From a virus: a stretch of DNA of 38,091 nt. The position numbers and the translations under genes were made by a program. The DNA lies in IMG/VR virus record IMGVR_UViG_3300035099_000586; one strand, given 5' to 3'. The notes below the pieces were generated by a model that saw only the letters and a list, made by a program, of their open reading frames with translations, was not told the origin of the DNA and searched no databases. Numbering within the stretch: position 1 is the first letter of the stretch; every line of letters starts with the position of its first letter. Of this stretch, positions 14,838 to 23,370 are shown piece after piece.

Positions 14838-15363
14838 TTTGCTTCTCTCTCCGCTTTTTGTCGTTCTTCCTCCGTTTGCTTGTCCAGTTCATTCAGAATC
14901 ATGATGAATTGCTGGATGGCTTTTGCTGGCTGTCTTCTGAGTTGAAGTGGTGTCCACCCGAATTCTTTGCAGAGGCGGAACTCTGTGAGGCTTGAGTTTG
15001 GCTTTTGTCTTCGGATGGCTCTGATAAAAAATTGGTTTCCTCTTGTGTGACGCTGTTCAGCTTGTTGACAATTTGGCTGAATAACTCTCCTAAGCCAATT
15101 GGGATTCCATCTTCTTCGTTGAGGAGTTTTTCAAGTGTTACGGGTTTGTGTGGTGGCTGTTCTTTTAGGGAAGCCCATATGGTTTCGGCTTGTATGGCGA
15201 TGAAGTCGCTTCTTACCACTTGTCCTGTTAATGGATGGTATTTTGTGTGTTTCTGGATGATGCGACTGCGTTTAGCCCAGGTGATTTCGCTGAAGACGTA
15301 TTTGCCTACAAATTCGCAACCGAATCTTTCGTCAAGCTCGATGCTCTCTGTTCGCATTTTCAA
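14822..15363 (-). CDS. Tail assembly chaperone, -1 frameshift product (GT form, about 180 aa)
   Basis: After T TTT TTA the -1 frame is open for 67 codons (IRAIRRQKPNSSLTEFRLCKEFGWTPLQL...KWRSK*), has no start of its own and ends at TAG 14822-14824. Confidence 0.75.
14899..15363 (-). CDS. Tail assembly chaperone (G form)
   Basis: Located after the major tail protein; carries a slippery site 113 codons in. Confidence 0.72.
   Translation of the reverse strand: MKMRTESIELDERFGCEFVGKYVFSEITWAKRSRIIQKHTKYHPLTGQVVRSDFIAIQAETIWASLKEQPPHKPVTLEKLLNEEDGIPIGLGELFSQIVNKLNSVTQEETNFLSEPSEDKSQTQASQSSASAKNSGGHHFNSEDSQQKPSSNSS
15025..15031 (-). other. Slippery heptamer T TTT TTA (programmed -1 ribosomal frameshift)
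   Basis: X XXY YYZ heptamer correctly phased in the G frame (AAT TTT TTA). Confidence 0.75.
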
Positions 15364-15544
15364 TCATCTCCATTGTGGCTATACGGTTTCTGATAGCTGT
15401 ATTGACATCTTCAAGCACGATGTCCTGCATCCACTTGGGAAGCTTGAGAATCCGAACTCCAAGCGTTTCCCACATCTTCAACCATTTCTTTCGCAAGTCA
15501 GCCTCTCGCCCAAAATTCTCCAAGATTTTCACTTCAACACTCAA
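15332..15544 (-). CDS. Small hypothetical protein in the tail module
   Basis: TTG at 15544 has GGAGG upstream; the track start at 15589 overlaps the tail gene. Confidence 0.6.
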   Translation of the reverse strand: MSVEVKILENFGREADLRKKWLKMWETLGVRILKLPKWMQDIVLEDVNTAIRNRIATMEMIENANREHRA

Positions 15545-15560
15545 TTCAGAAGCCTCCATC

Positions 15561-16430
15561 CTAACTGATGTAAACGTCTCTGGAAACAAACGAAGCCTTC
15601 AAAGCGACAAGGTCTTCGATTCGTGTTGGAGTCGCCACTTTCTCCCATTTGCAATACTTGAAAAGAGCGCTGGCTGTTCCCCCTAAGCCGAATTTGAGGC
15701 TGAATTCACTGTCGTTGACTACGTCGTCGTATTCTTGTTTGCTCTCAAACTCGAAGGTTAACTCGCCTATCAGGTTGCGGTGGCGTGCTGGAAGATACTT
15801 TAGCAGATAGCCTTCTTCGCTACGGATTACTGGCACTGGCTTGAGGTTGTTTTCGATTGTAAATTTCCAGTCTGTCACTCTTTCGAGTGCGGTTAAGCCT
15901 GAGCCGTCACCCGCTCCTCTTTGAATATAGCTTTCATTGTAAGAAACCGCTCCCGCGTAGTCTGCGTAGGTGGCTCCTGTTATTTTTGAGGTCCCTATTT
16001 CAACAGTTTGCCCAATAAGCTCGGCTGTAGCCTTTACGATGTCTTCTATGCTGCATTCTACGCTTAGTTTGTGTATTCTGCAGCCTTTGTAGAGTAGGCT
16101 TATTATGTCGGTTGCCGAGGCAAACAAGCCTTTGTAATACAGCACTTGAAGGCTTAAACTGTTTAGCGTTTGAGCATGTTGAATAAAAGATATGGGTGCA
16201 TCGCTCGATAAGACATGCAGAATCTTTAGCGTTGGCTTTCGCAGTCCCTTCTTTAAGGCTTGAAGGTCTCTGGAGCCAACGCCTCGCAATTTGAGTAGGC
16301 TTGGGTCTAATGCTGGTTCGATGTCTTCGCTGTTTATGCCAAGCATTGACGGGTTTGTTGGTGTCTGACCGTAGACTGATTCTTGAACGAAGTAGGCACG
16401 GCATTCATGCGCTCCATAAGTTTCTGGCAT
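15561..16430 (-). CDS. Major tail (tube) protein
   Basis: YFVQESVYGQTP, LYKGCRIHKLSVECS, FTIENNL...LIGELTFEF patterns; position after the tail terminator. Confidence 0.75.
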   Translation of the reverse strand: MPETYGAHECRAYFVQESVYGQTPTNPSMLGINSEDIEPALDPSLLKLRGVGSRDLQALKKGLRKPTLKILHVLSSDAPISFIQHAQTLNSLSLQVLYYKGLFASATDIISLLYKGCRIHKLSVECSIEDIVKATAELIGQTVEIGTSKITGATYADYAGAVSYNESYIQRGAGDGSGLTALERVTDWKFTIENNLKPVPVIRSEEGYLLKYLPARHRNLIGELTFEFESKQEYDDVVNDSEFSLKFGLGGTASALFKYCKWEKVATPTRIEDLVALKASFVSRDVYIS

Positions 16431-16432
16431 CT

Positions 16433-17419
16433 TTAGAAAACGCCTCCAACATCTTCAAAGCACCATGATTTGAGCGTAAACTCGGTTCTGTAAATGAAGG
16501 GCTTAGTATCCACTCGGTCGGCGTCTCGGAAACTGACAATGTCCAAGTATGTTATGCCGTTGACGGTGACCGTGCAACATGCATAGTCGCAGTATAAGAT
16601 GGCTGATGTCATTCCATCGCTTGGATTCGTTGTTCTAGCTAGAAGCCATACGTACTGCTCATCATCGATGTAATCCGTCAAGTTTGAGGTTAACGTAATG
16701 GTTACGGTCTCGTCTGCTTCGCCAGTCCCGTAATGAGCATTTTGCCAAGCGCCAGCAACATGGTTCCAAACTTTTACAGTGACGCCGAATCCAACAGGAG
16801 CAGAACCGTAGCCCTCAAAAACCAAAACAATCTGCTTGACAGCTTTTTCTCGGCTTTCAATCTTGAATCGGAAAAGCATGAGAGCATATTCGCCGTTGAT
16901 ATTGTGAGATTTAGAGTGTCTCTGGTCATCGCTGTACCAAAGTTTCTGATACTCCAAGCTTGTTAACTCATTCCAGCTTGCATGTTCTGGTGGAAGCTCT
17001 GAGGCTGCGCCTGTTTGGAACGCCTTGTGTGGGTCGCCTTCTGGATAGCCTAAACCAGCAAAGTTGTATTCTGTCGCGTTGGGTTTGTTGCGATTTTGTC
17101 TTATGACGCGGTTTATTTCTTCAACAGTCTTATTTCTGATCAGCTTGCCGTTGTCAGATGAACCTTGCTTGTCAGTAGCCCATACGTTAACTCGTAGAGA
17201 ACCTAAACGTCTGCGGATTCGTCCAGACATTTCGATTTTTGCGTCTCTGCTTTCTACGAGACCTATGGTTATTTGTCCCTCATAGTTTTTGAAAAGTTCT
17301 CTGTCATACCATTCTTGGCTTACGCGAATGCTTGCGATTGAATTGTCTTCTTTGACTACTCGGATGTTCTTCTGCAAAAGCCTAACAACTGTTGCTGTTG
17401 GATCTTCCGACTCGCTCAT
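16433..17419 (-). CDS. Tail terminator/completion protein with an inserted beta-sandwich domain
   Basis: gp17-like termini (QITIG...LRVNVWA...EEINRVI; FRDADRV...YRTEFTLKSW) flank an insert of about 190 aa ending YCDYACCTV. Confidence 0.6.
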   Translation of the reverse strand: MSESEDPTATVVRLLQKNIRVVKEDNSIASIRVSQEWYDRELFKNYEGQITIGLVESRDAKIEMSGRIRRRLGSLRVNVWATDKQGSSDNGKLIRNKTVEEINRVIRQNRNKPNATEYNFAGLGYPEGDPHKAFQTGAASELPPEHASWNELTSLEYQKLWYSDDQRHSKSHNINGEYALMLFRFKIESREKAVKQIVLVFEGYGSAPVGFGVTVKVWNHVAGAWQNAHYGTGEADETVTITLTSNLTDYIDDEQYVWLLARTTNPSDGMTSAILYCDYACCTVTVNGITYLDIVSFRDADRVDTKPFIYRTEFTLKSWCFEDVGGVF

Positions 17420-18810
17420 TGTCCGAGAAGCCTCCTGCAGTATGCTTTGAAGTAGATTGTTTCGCCTCGGAAATCGAAAGTTTGAAGGTCCAGAACCTCG
17501 TAGTCTGTTCCTTTTCTGCGGATTTTGTCATGATGTCTGATGGGAGCAAAGACGTGGATGGTTATGTAGTCGTTTAGGATGTAGCCAGGTTCTATGAGGG
17601 TTTCTTCTGCTCTTGCTGGTGAGACTATGGCTTTTATGTCTATGTCTTCGCCGTAGCTGGTTTGTTCTGAGGCTTCACGGATCTGGTATAGTGTGAGGTT
17701 TTCTCCGTTTGAGCGAAGGATCTGCTTGAAACGTGTTGTTGGTTCCTCGTAGTTTAGATAGAGCAGAGAAAGCCAGCATACGGTTGCCATCGCCTTCTTG
17801 TTTTCCACATAGCTGTAGTCTGCGTGTTTGGCGCCCCAGAACATAAACTCGTCTTGGTGTTTGTCGATGATTTTCATGCTGAATTCAAAGCTTGGCTTAT
17901 CATGAGCCTTGCGGATTTTCCAGAGGATTCCGCTTGTAACCGCATCATAATAGTCGCAGGCTGCGAATCGGCTGGTTACGTCTATGTAGCCAGCCCAACA
18001 GATAGCATGATTGTAAGCTGGATATTGAGCACTGGCCCTGATTGAGTTAATGAAGTTGTAAACTTTTTGGCACGTGAGGCTCCAGCCTTCGTATTCATAC
18101 AAGCCAAGCAAGGCATAAGCGAAGGGGTCATCGTAAATCTCGTTTTCGCTTAGACCGATTCTGTGCCACTCTTCATCTGCGGGGTCGTAATACAGCCAGA
18201 GGTTTTCGATTCCTTGCCTGAGAAAGTTGGCAGCCTTGTTCATTATGTCCTCATACGTGGATGCGTTGGCTGTGTCGTATTTTTCAGCAAGCATCTTCAA
18301 ACCTATAAGCCCATAGAGACATTCAACATCCATTTGCAGAAGCCAAGCGTCTGCTATTGTGACGGCTCTTGCGAAACCACCATAGGCTTGCTGATCCTGC
18401 ATGGTTTTGAGAAACGTGGCTCCAGCAAGCTTGACAGCATTCAGATAATCCTCATCATCTGTCACGTCGTAGGCTCGTAGAAGCGACGGGATGACTCGGC
18501 AAGCGTCAACACTGTAATAGTAGGTGCTTGTTTCGTTGCTCTTGAACCCGCCATAAGCTTTCTTGGCTGGGTCTGTGCATTGCTGGGTTAGAATCCAGTC
18601 GGCGAGATTCACGATTTTGTTGTAGATGCCTGTTTTTTGGTTTTCAAACTGCTTACTGTTATAGGCTTCAGAGAGGAAGTCAATGGCGAAGGCTGCGGCA
18701 AAGGCTGCTCTTCCCCAAGCTGGGTCTGGAACGTCTGGCGGAATCACGTAAACGTAAGGCGCATAATCCATTATGAATTGACAGTAGGCTTCAGGCACTG
18801 TTCCCATCAA
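17416..18810 (-). CDS. Alpha/alpha-toroid (six-hairpin glycosidase/QW-repeat-like) domain fused to a head-closure (SPP1 gp16-like) domain
   Basis: Repeats LADWILTQQ...AYGGF and ATFLKTMQ...AYGGF; the last ~105 aa (IKAIVSP...ITIHV...DKIRRKGTDYEVL...YFKAYCRR) are stopper-like; lies between the adaptor and the terminator. Confidence 0.65.
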   Translation of the reverse strand: MMGTVPEAYCQFIMDYAPYVYVIPPDVPDPAWGRAAFAAAFAIDFLSEAYNSKQFENQKTGIYNKIVNLADWILTQQCTDPAKKAYGGFKSNETSTYYYSVDACRVIPSLLRAYDVTDDEDYLNAVKLAGATFLKTMQDQQAYGGFARAVTIADAWLLQMDVECLYGLIGLKMLAEKYDTANASTYEDIMNKAANFLRQGIENLWLYYDPADEEWHRIGLSENEIYDDPFAYALLGLYEYEGWSLTCQKVYNFINSIRASAQYPAYNHAICWAGYIDVTSRFAACDYYDAVTSGILWKIRKAHDKPSFEFSMKIIDKHQDEFMFWGAKHADYSYVENKKAMATVCWLSLLYLNYEEPTTRFKQILRSNGENLTLYQIREASEQTSYGEDIDIKAIVSPARAEETLIEPGYILNDYITIHVFAPIRHHDKIRRKGTDYEVLDLQTFDFRGETIYFKAYCRRLLGQ

Positions 18811-19160
18811 ACACTCCCCACATAAGGCAGTTTAAGACTACGCAAGATTCGCTCTAACTCAGATTGCAGCACATCCAACGGTGGAGCCTTGCTTAGAACG
18901 CTGACATTCTGGTCGCCTATGGAGAAACTTAAGCCAACTGCTGAACCACCAGTAAGATAACAAATAGCATAGATGGCAGCAAGAACCGTTATGAACTCTT
19001 TTTCGGCGTCTGAGCAATCGCTATAGTCTATTTCTTTGCCGATTTCAAGTTCAAGCGTGACTTCTGCCCGCTTAATCATCTTCAGAATCTTATCATCAGG
19101 TATATCCGCTGAACTGACGTTTATAACATCTCGAACATCATCAGCAGACACGTCTACCAA
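18807..19160 (-). CDS. Head-tail connector/adaptor (gp6/gp15-like)
   Basis: VSADDVRDVI...IPDDKILKMIKRAE helical signature; first neck gene. Confidence 0.75.
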   Translation of the reverse strand: MVDVSADDVRDVINVSSADIPDDKILKMIKRAEVTLELEIGKEIDYSDCSDAEKEFITVLAAIYAICYLTGGSAVGLSFSIGDQNVSVLSKAPPLDVLQSELERILRSLKLPYVGSV

Positions 19161-19226
19161 CGGCTTTAGACCTCAAATAGCTCTAAATTCAAAATAAAAT
19201 GGGAAAAACGGTAAACATAAGGAATC

Positions 19227-19997
19227 TTGCTGAAAAATAAGCATGAAAAACAAGTGATTCAAACAGAAACCGTAAGACTTGGATTTGGAAATCTTAACAT
19301 ACTTGTCTTTTTCAACAATTGTCCTAATGTGAAAAAAGTTAAAGGCTTAACGAGTGTTCTTGTAAAATTGGTTGAGAATTTGCCACGAAGAAGCAAGAAG
19401 GCACTGGCAGTTGAAGCTTGCATAAAACACTTTTTGAAAGATTACAGACAAAATTCTCATCTGGACGAGAACTATGGCGGAGCTTATTATTGGAATGAAC
19501 GAGATGTGCAATGGGCATTGTATAGTCATCTTAGGAAAAGGACAGTATCTCGTTCCATTGGATCGGAATGGTGTGTTCATGCAGAAGGCAGTATAGAGAG
19601 ACCTAAGTACGTGAGGACAGAGAAATGGCCGCGAACACGACGTGCGGATCTTGTCGTGATTGATCATAATAAGTTCAAAAAGGCATGGCGAAATGAAACA
19701 GATTTTCCACCTTATGAGGCAATGATTGAGATCAAGATGATATTGCCTGGTTGGGGAAGAACGTTTTACGAAGATGGAGTAAGGGAAGATATTAGAAAAC
19801 TCGAAGCTTGTCTCAAGAGTAGCATTACTAGAAATGCATTCTTCATTCTTCTCGATGCACTTGACAGAAGGCGGATTCCCTATTTTCAGGACGAACTGGC
19901 TAAAATGGAAAAAGATTCTAGGCTAGTAATATACCATTGGCCAGATTCCAGAAGAGGAATAGACTCGATCAAGGAAGCTCCATTTCGGAGATATTAG
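19227..19997 (+). CDS. PD-(D/E)xK nuclease-fold moron, antisense to the late operon (start uncertain)
   Basis: NERDVQWALY...VHAE...RADLVVID...MIEIK...DIRKL; AT-richer than its flanks. Confidence 0.65.
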   Translation: MLKNKHEKQVIQTETVRLGFGNLNILVFFNNCPNVKKVKGLTSVLVKLVENLPRRSKKALAVEACIKHFLKDYRQNSHLDENYGGAYYWNERDVQWALYSHLRKRTVSRSIGSEWCVHAEGSIERPKYVRTEKWPRTRRADLVVIDHNKFKKAWRNETDFPPYEAMIEIKMILPGWGRTFYEDGVREDIRKLEACLKSSITRNAFFILLDALDRRRIPYFQDELAKMEKDSRLVIYHWPDSRRGIDSIKEAPFRRY

Positions 19998-20050
19998 TCA
20001 AAGCGTATTGCGGTAGGACTTCTTTCGATTAAAGACGGATTTATCTGGCG

Positions 20051-21175
20051 TTAGGCTATGACACAAGTCAACCCTTCTCCTGTTATCTGCATTTCCTTAA
20101 GCAAAGCGTACGTTGCACGCAAAACTATAGTGTCAACGTACGATGTTTGTTTTAGCAGTTGGCTGAGCAATGGCATTGACATAGGTGTTTCCCGCAATCC
20201 GTAACCATGTGTTTTAAGCAACGCCAAATCTTCATGCCAGTATTGGTCAGCAAATAATGTGGCTGCTTCATCGATTAGGGTGACTTTGTAAACGGTTTCA
20301 ACTTTTTCGTGGAGGTCGACCCTTTCAAGAGGTAAGGGTGCTAACGTTTCAGCTTTCCATAGCGTCCCGACATAGAAGTCTTTCTCTCCGGACATCATAC
20401 GAGTGTGCAACTCTTCAGACTTGAGCATGAACCAAGCGTACTCGCCTCGTCTGCTGCCTTTCTTTGCAAAATAAAGCTGATGCTGTCCTGTCACAGTTAA
20501 GTGAGGCTGCCACTCGAATATTTCACCCTTTTTAGACAAGCTTGGAAACTTGAGTTTGGGTAAGAACAGTGTTATAAGTTTCTGCAATCCTGTGAAGCTT
20601 TGTATAGACTTGACTTTTGAGAAGATTAGACCTTTTTCTGGGTGCCATGCCAGAAGGACATCACCTTCTTTAAGCTCTTTTGCTCTACGCATTATCCACC
20701 CCCCTTCATCCTTTCCCAAAAAATAGACATCTGTAGGGTTACAGCCTCCGCCTCCACCTGCCGAGTGGATTTCAGAAATTATGCGGACATCAGCATTGTT
20801 TAGTTTTGCTAGATCCCAGCTTGTTTCTCTGCTTGTTATGTCTATCCAGTCCCATGTTAAGGATGTTCGTCTTGTCAACTGATATGTAGATGTTGACCCT
20901 AAGGAGTTTACGTGTTTCAGAGTCGTGTATTGAATGTATCCGCTTGGATCTGTCTCGTAGTGTTTTGCTCCCATTTCAACTTTAGTTATTTGACTGCTTG
21001 GTGGAATGTCGCTTTCTGTGAAGTTAAATCCAGAGTATTTTTGCTCAGGCTTTGTGCTTTCATCTGGCGGACTTGCATAAGTGTTTATTCCATCCTCTCC
21101 ATAAGCTCTTTCTGGATAATTCCAGCCCGAAACAATAACTTCTGTTTGCCAAGGGTTCTTTGACACCGTAGGCAT
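20051..21175 (-). CDS. Beta-sandwich virion-associated protein interrupted by a Hint domain
   Basis: Jelly-roll-like N-terminal 140 aa, GGGGG linker, Hint motifs, then TSYVDTIVLRATY as the closing strand. Confidence 0.7.
   Translation of the reverse strand: MPTVSKNPWQTEVIVSGWNYPERAYGEDGINTYASPPDESTKPEQKYSGFNFTESDIPPSSQITKVEMGAKHYETDPSGYIQYTTLKHVNSLGSTSTYQLTRRTSLTWDWIDITSRETSWDLAKLNNADVRIISEIHSAGGGGGCNPTDVYFLGKDEGGWIMRRAKELKEGDVLLAWHPEKGLIFSKVKSIQSFTGLQKLITLFLPKLKFPSLSKKGEIFEWQPHLTVTGQHQLYFAKKGSRRGEYAWFMLKSEELHTRMMSGEKDFYVGTLWKAETLAPLPLERVDLHEKVETVYKVTLIDEAATLFADQYWHEDLALLKTHGYGLRETPMSMPLLSQLLKQTSYVDTIVLRATYALLKEMQITGEGLTCVIA
20147..20743 (-). other. Hint/mini-intein-like insert (C145 to Q343)
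   Basis: Cys1, ELKEGDVL, block-B TVTGQHQLY, block-F VYKVTL; no canonical terminal HN. Confidence 0.65.
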
Positions 21176-21176
21176 T

Positions 21177-21578
21177 TTAGCTTTGCACTGCTCCTACACC
21201 ATAATCAACAGTTCCAGCCGCGTCCAAATACAGAACAAGCGAGTCATCAGCATTGCTTTCCCAATGCCTTACCATGCTTCGAATGACGCCTGTCTTCGCT
21301 GCCAACTTTCCCTTAAAGACATTTTTTCCGCTTGCGCCAAAGTAGAGGCGAACACCAACATCTGCTGTTCCGCTATTCCAGAGATAAAAGTCATAAATCT
21401 TGATAGTCTTGCCTGAAACTGATGAAACAATAGTTGTAGAGCCTGCACCAGTAGGAGCATATGTGCCTGTGTATTGATTTGCATCTTCAATTTTTACTGA
21501 GAGCTGGACAAGAATTTCCACTAACTTATCATGTATCGCTTTGTATGCTTCCGCATATTGCCCCCATGGAACAGACAA
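21177..21578 (-). CDS. Beta-rich putative virion protein
   Basis: 133 aa, TTG start, in the late operon, 1 nt from the next gene. Confidence 0.6.
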   Translation of the reverse strand: MSVPWGQYAEAYKAIHDKLVEILVQLSVKIEDANQYTGTYAPTGAGSTTIVSSVSGKTIKIYDFYLWNSGTADVGVRLYFGASGKNVFKGKLAAKTGVIRSMVRHWESNADDSLVLYLDAAGTVDYGVGAVQS

Positions 21579-21641
21579 GCGTCATTTTCTCCAATGAGCC
21601 TTAAAACTGGAAAACGGTGATGATGCTTCAGATTTCATGCG

Positions 21642-21896
21642 TTATTTCGGTATGGGCTCGGGTTTTGCAGTGTCAACCAGTTTTGTGAGCCACACTGTTA
21701 TCGCTGTAGGACCCACTAGAGCGGTGTAGACGTCAAAGGTCAAGCCAGCCAAATCCAAGCCTAACGCTGAAAACGTGCCTATGGCAACTGTCCGCAGAAA
21801 CTTTTTCCAGTCGAAAGGCTTGTCCTGTGCTGAGTAGCCCAAGAAGGCATAGATTAACGCTGCAACGACTCCCAAGCCGATATTTAACGGATTCAA
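21642..21896 (-). CDS. Small membrane protein (holin-like, 2-3 TM)
   Basis: 84 aa, hydrophobic helices, TTGA-coupled to the portal gene. Confidence 0.55.
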   Translation of the reverse strand: MNPLNIGLGVVAALIYAFLGYSAQDKPFDWKKFLRTVAIGTFSALGLDLAGLTFDVYTALVGPTAITVWLTKLVDTAKPEPIPK

Positions 21897-23131
21897 TGCT
21901 TGTTTTCACCTCCTTTTGACTGTTGAGAAGCAGAATCTTTGGGTTGCTCGTCCCAGAGCTCCCAATTCAAAACCTTAACTGCATTCTTTCTAAACTCTTC
22001 ACGGCGAATGAGATTCTGTTCAGCCGCTTTAATCAAGTCAGTGGGCACTATTTCAGGCGTTTCTGGAGAACCCCAATTCAGTCGCACCTTGGCCTCTGCA
22101 GGGTCAAAGCCAGCTTGCGACAAAACCAAAGCGAAGATTTCCCTTTCCACTTGACGCTTGATATACCGTTGTAAAGGTTTGATCAGCATGCTTTGAAGGT
22201 CAAGAGCAGCATTGGCTGAAGCTTCTGTGAAGCCAGGCGTGCTGAAAAGGCGTGGAAGAGGAGTCTCGCATCCGAGATAGAACTGGTTAACCATGTGGTC
22301 GATGTAGGGTGCGAAACCGCTGGCTCTTGGGTCTATGGCTACACTGTTGACGCTTGCGGTCTTAGCGCCGCTGAAGATCCATGCTCCTTCTTCGGATCTG
22401 TTTCTGATTTTGGCTTCAAACTTCTTAATGGTGTCCTCTTTCTGTCCTTCCAACTGAACGACAACATCTGGAGCGGCGTATCTCTCGAATATTTTTGGCA
22501 TTAACCGCTCGATTTTGGCTTTCATCCAAGCATACGAAGGGCGTTTATCATTGTTAACGGTCAAAGTGTGTAAAAGAACTTGCAAGACACCGACTCCAAA
22601 TCCACATGGATTCTCTGAACCTATCGACCAATGCAAAACAGCCTTTGGGTCGAGGCTTCCACCGCCATAGGAAGATTTGAGCTTGTAGCCTTCAACCTTG
22701 TAAGGAACCTTCAGATTGCTGCCTTCTATGAAGCTTTCTTGAATTTTCTCTATGGAGTCTATCGGAAGCCTACGCAAATCCTCAAGCTTGTCTGGAACCA
22801 GCTTAAGCCAGAAATCGTTTCCACAAGCGATCAGACGTGAAACCATCTGGTTAAGAAGGCCGTCAAGATTGACCTCTTCATTGAAATCGTCAATCACTTG
22901 TTTAGCCTTTTCAAAACCGCCTTCACAGGTCGTGTAGAAACCGATTCCCACAGTAGCAGCGCTGAGTAAGTCAACGCTAGATTTGCATGTTGGGTCTCGT
23001 TCATACAGCCTCATGACGTCAGCAAGCGGAATAACCGAAGTTTCAAAAACTGTTTGCTGACTTGGAGAGGAGATGCCAGCCGAAGGCGAACGAGAAAGAG
23101 CGTCTACAATCCGCTTTAAAACACTGCTCAG
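21893..23131 (-). CDS. Portal protein (412 aa with CTG start)
   Basis: LYERDPTCKSSVD...LIACGNDFW...GVGVLQ...IKPLQRYIKRQVEREIF portal pattern; the frame extends 39 codons upstream to a CTG overlapping the upstream TGA, with GGAGGG before it. Confidence 0.85.
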   Translation of the reverse strand: MSSVLKRIVDALSRSPSAGISSPSQQTVFETSVIPLADVMRLYERDPTCKSSVDLLSAATVGIGFYTTCEGGFEKAKQVIDDFNEEVNLDGLLNQMVSRLIACGNDFWLKLVPDKLEDLRRLPIDSIEKIQESFIEGSNLKVPYKVEGYKLKSSYGGGSLDPKAVLHWSIGSENPCGFGVGVLQVLLHTLTVNNDKRPSYAWMKAKIERLMPKIFERYAAPDVVVQLEGQKEDTIKKFEAKIRNRSEEGAWIFSGAKTASVNSVAIDPRASGFAPYIDHMVNQFYLGCETPLPRLFSTPGFTEASANAALDLQSMLIKPLQRYIKRQVEREIFALVLSQAGFDPAEAKVRLNWGSPETPEIVPTDLIKAAEQNLIRREEFRKNAVKVLNWELWDEQPKDSASQQSKGGENKH

Positions 23132-23370
23132 GGAAGGCCCTCCAGAAACTTCTTGCCTTTCTCTGTTATAGTGTAAGGAGCGGTGTGTCTCTGCTCGCTT
23201 TTCTGTATCAATCCCTTCTGAACGAGAAAATTGAACATGGGTTCAAAAGTGGCGTGTGTTGCAGACTTTCTGAAGGCTATGGTTTCAAGCTGTTTTCTGC
23301 GTAGAGGCTGTCTGCTAAGCGGAAATAAAAGAATCTTTGCGAGGGTTAGTTTCTCCTCGAATTTTTTCAT
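23128..23370 (-). CDS. Small winged-HTH protein
   Basis: FEPMFNFLVQKGLI...YTITEKGKKFL wing motif. Confidence 0.7.
   Translation of the reverse strand: MKKFEEKLTLAKILLFPLSRQPLRRKQLETIAFRKSATHATFEPMFNFLVQKGLIQKSEQRHTAPYTITEKGKKFLEGLP

Noticed and set aside
12266-21578. Diversity-generating retroelement acting on adhesin genes
   Set aside because: No reverse transcriptase and no template/variable repeat pair seen.
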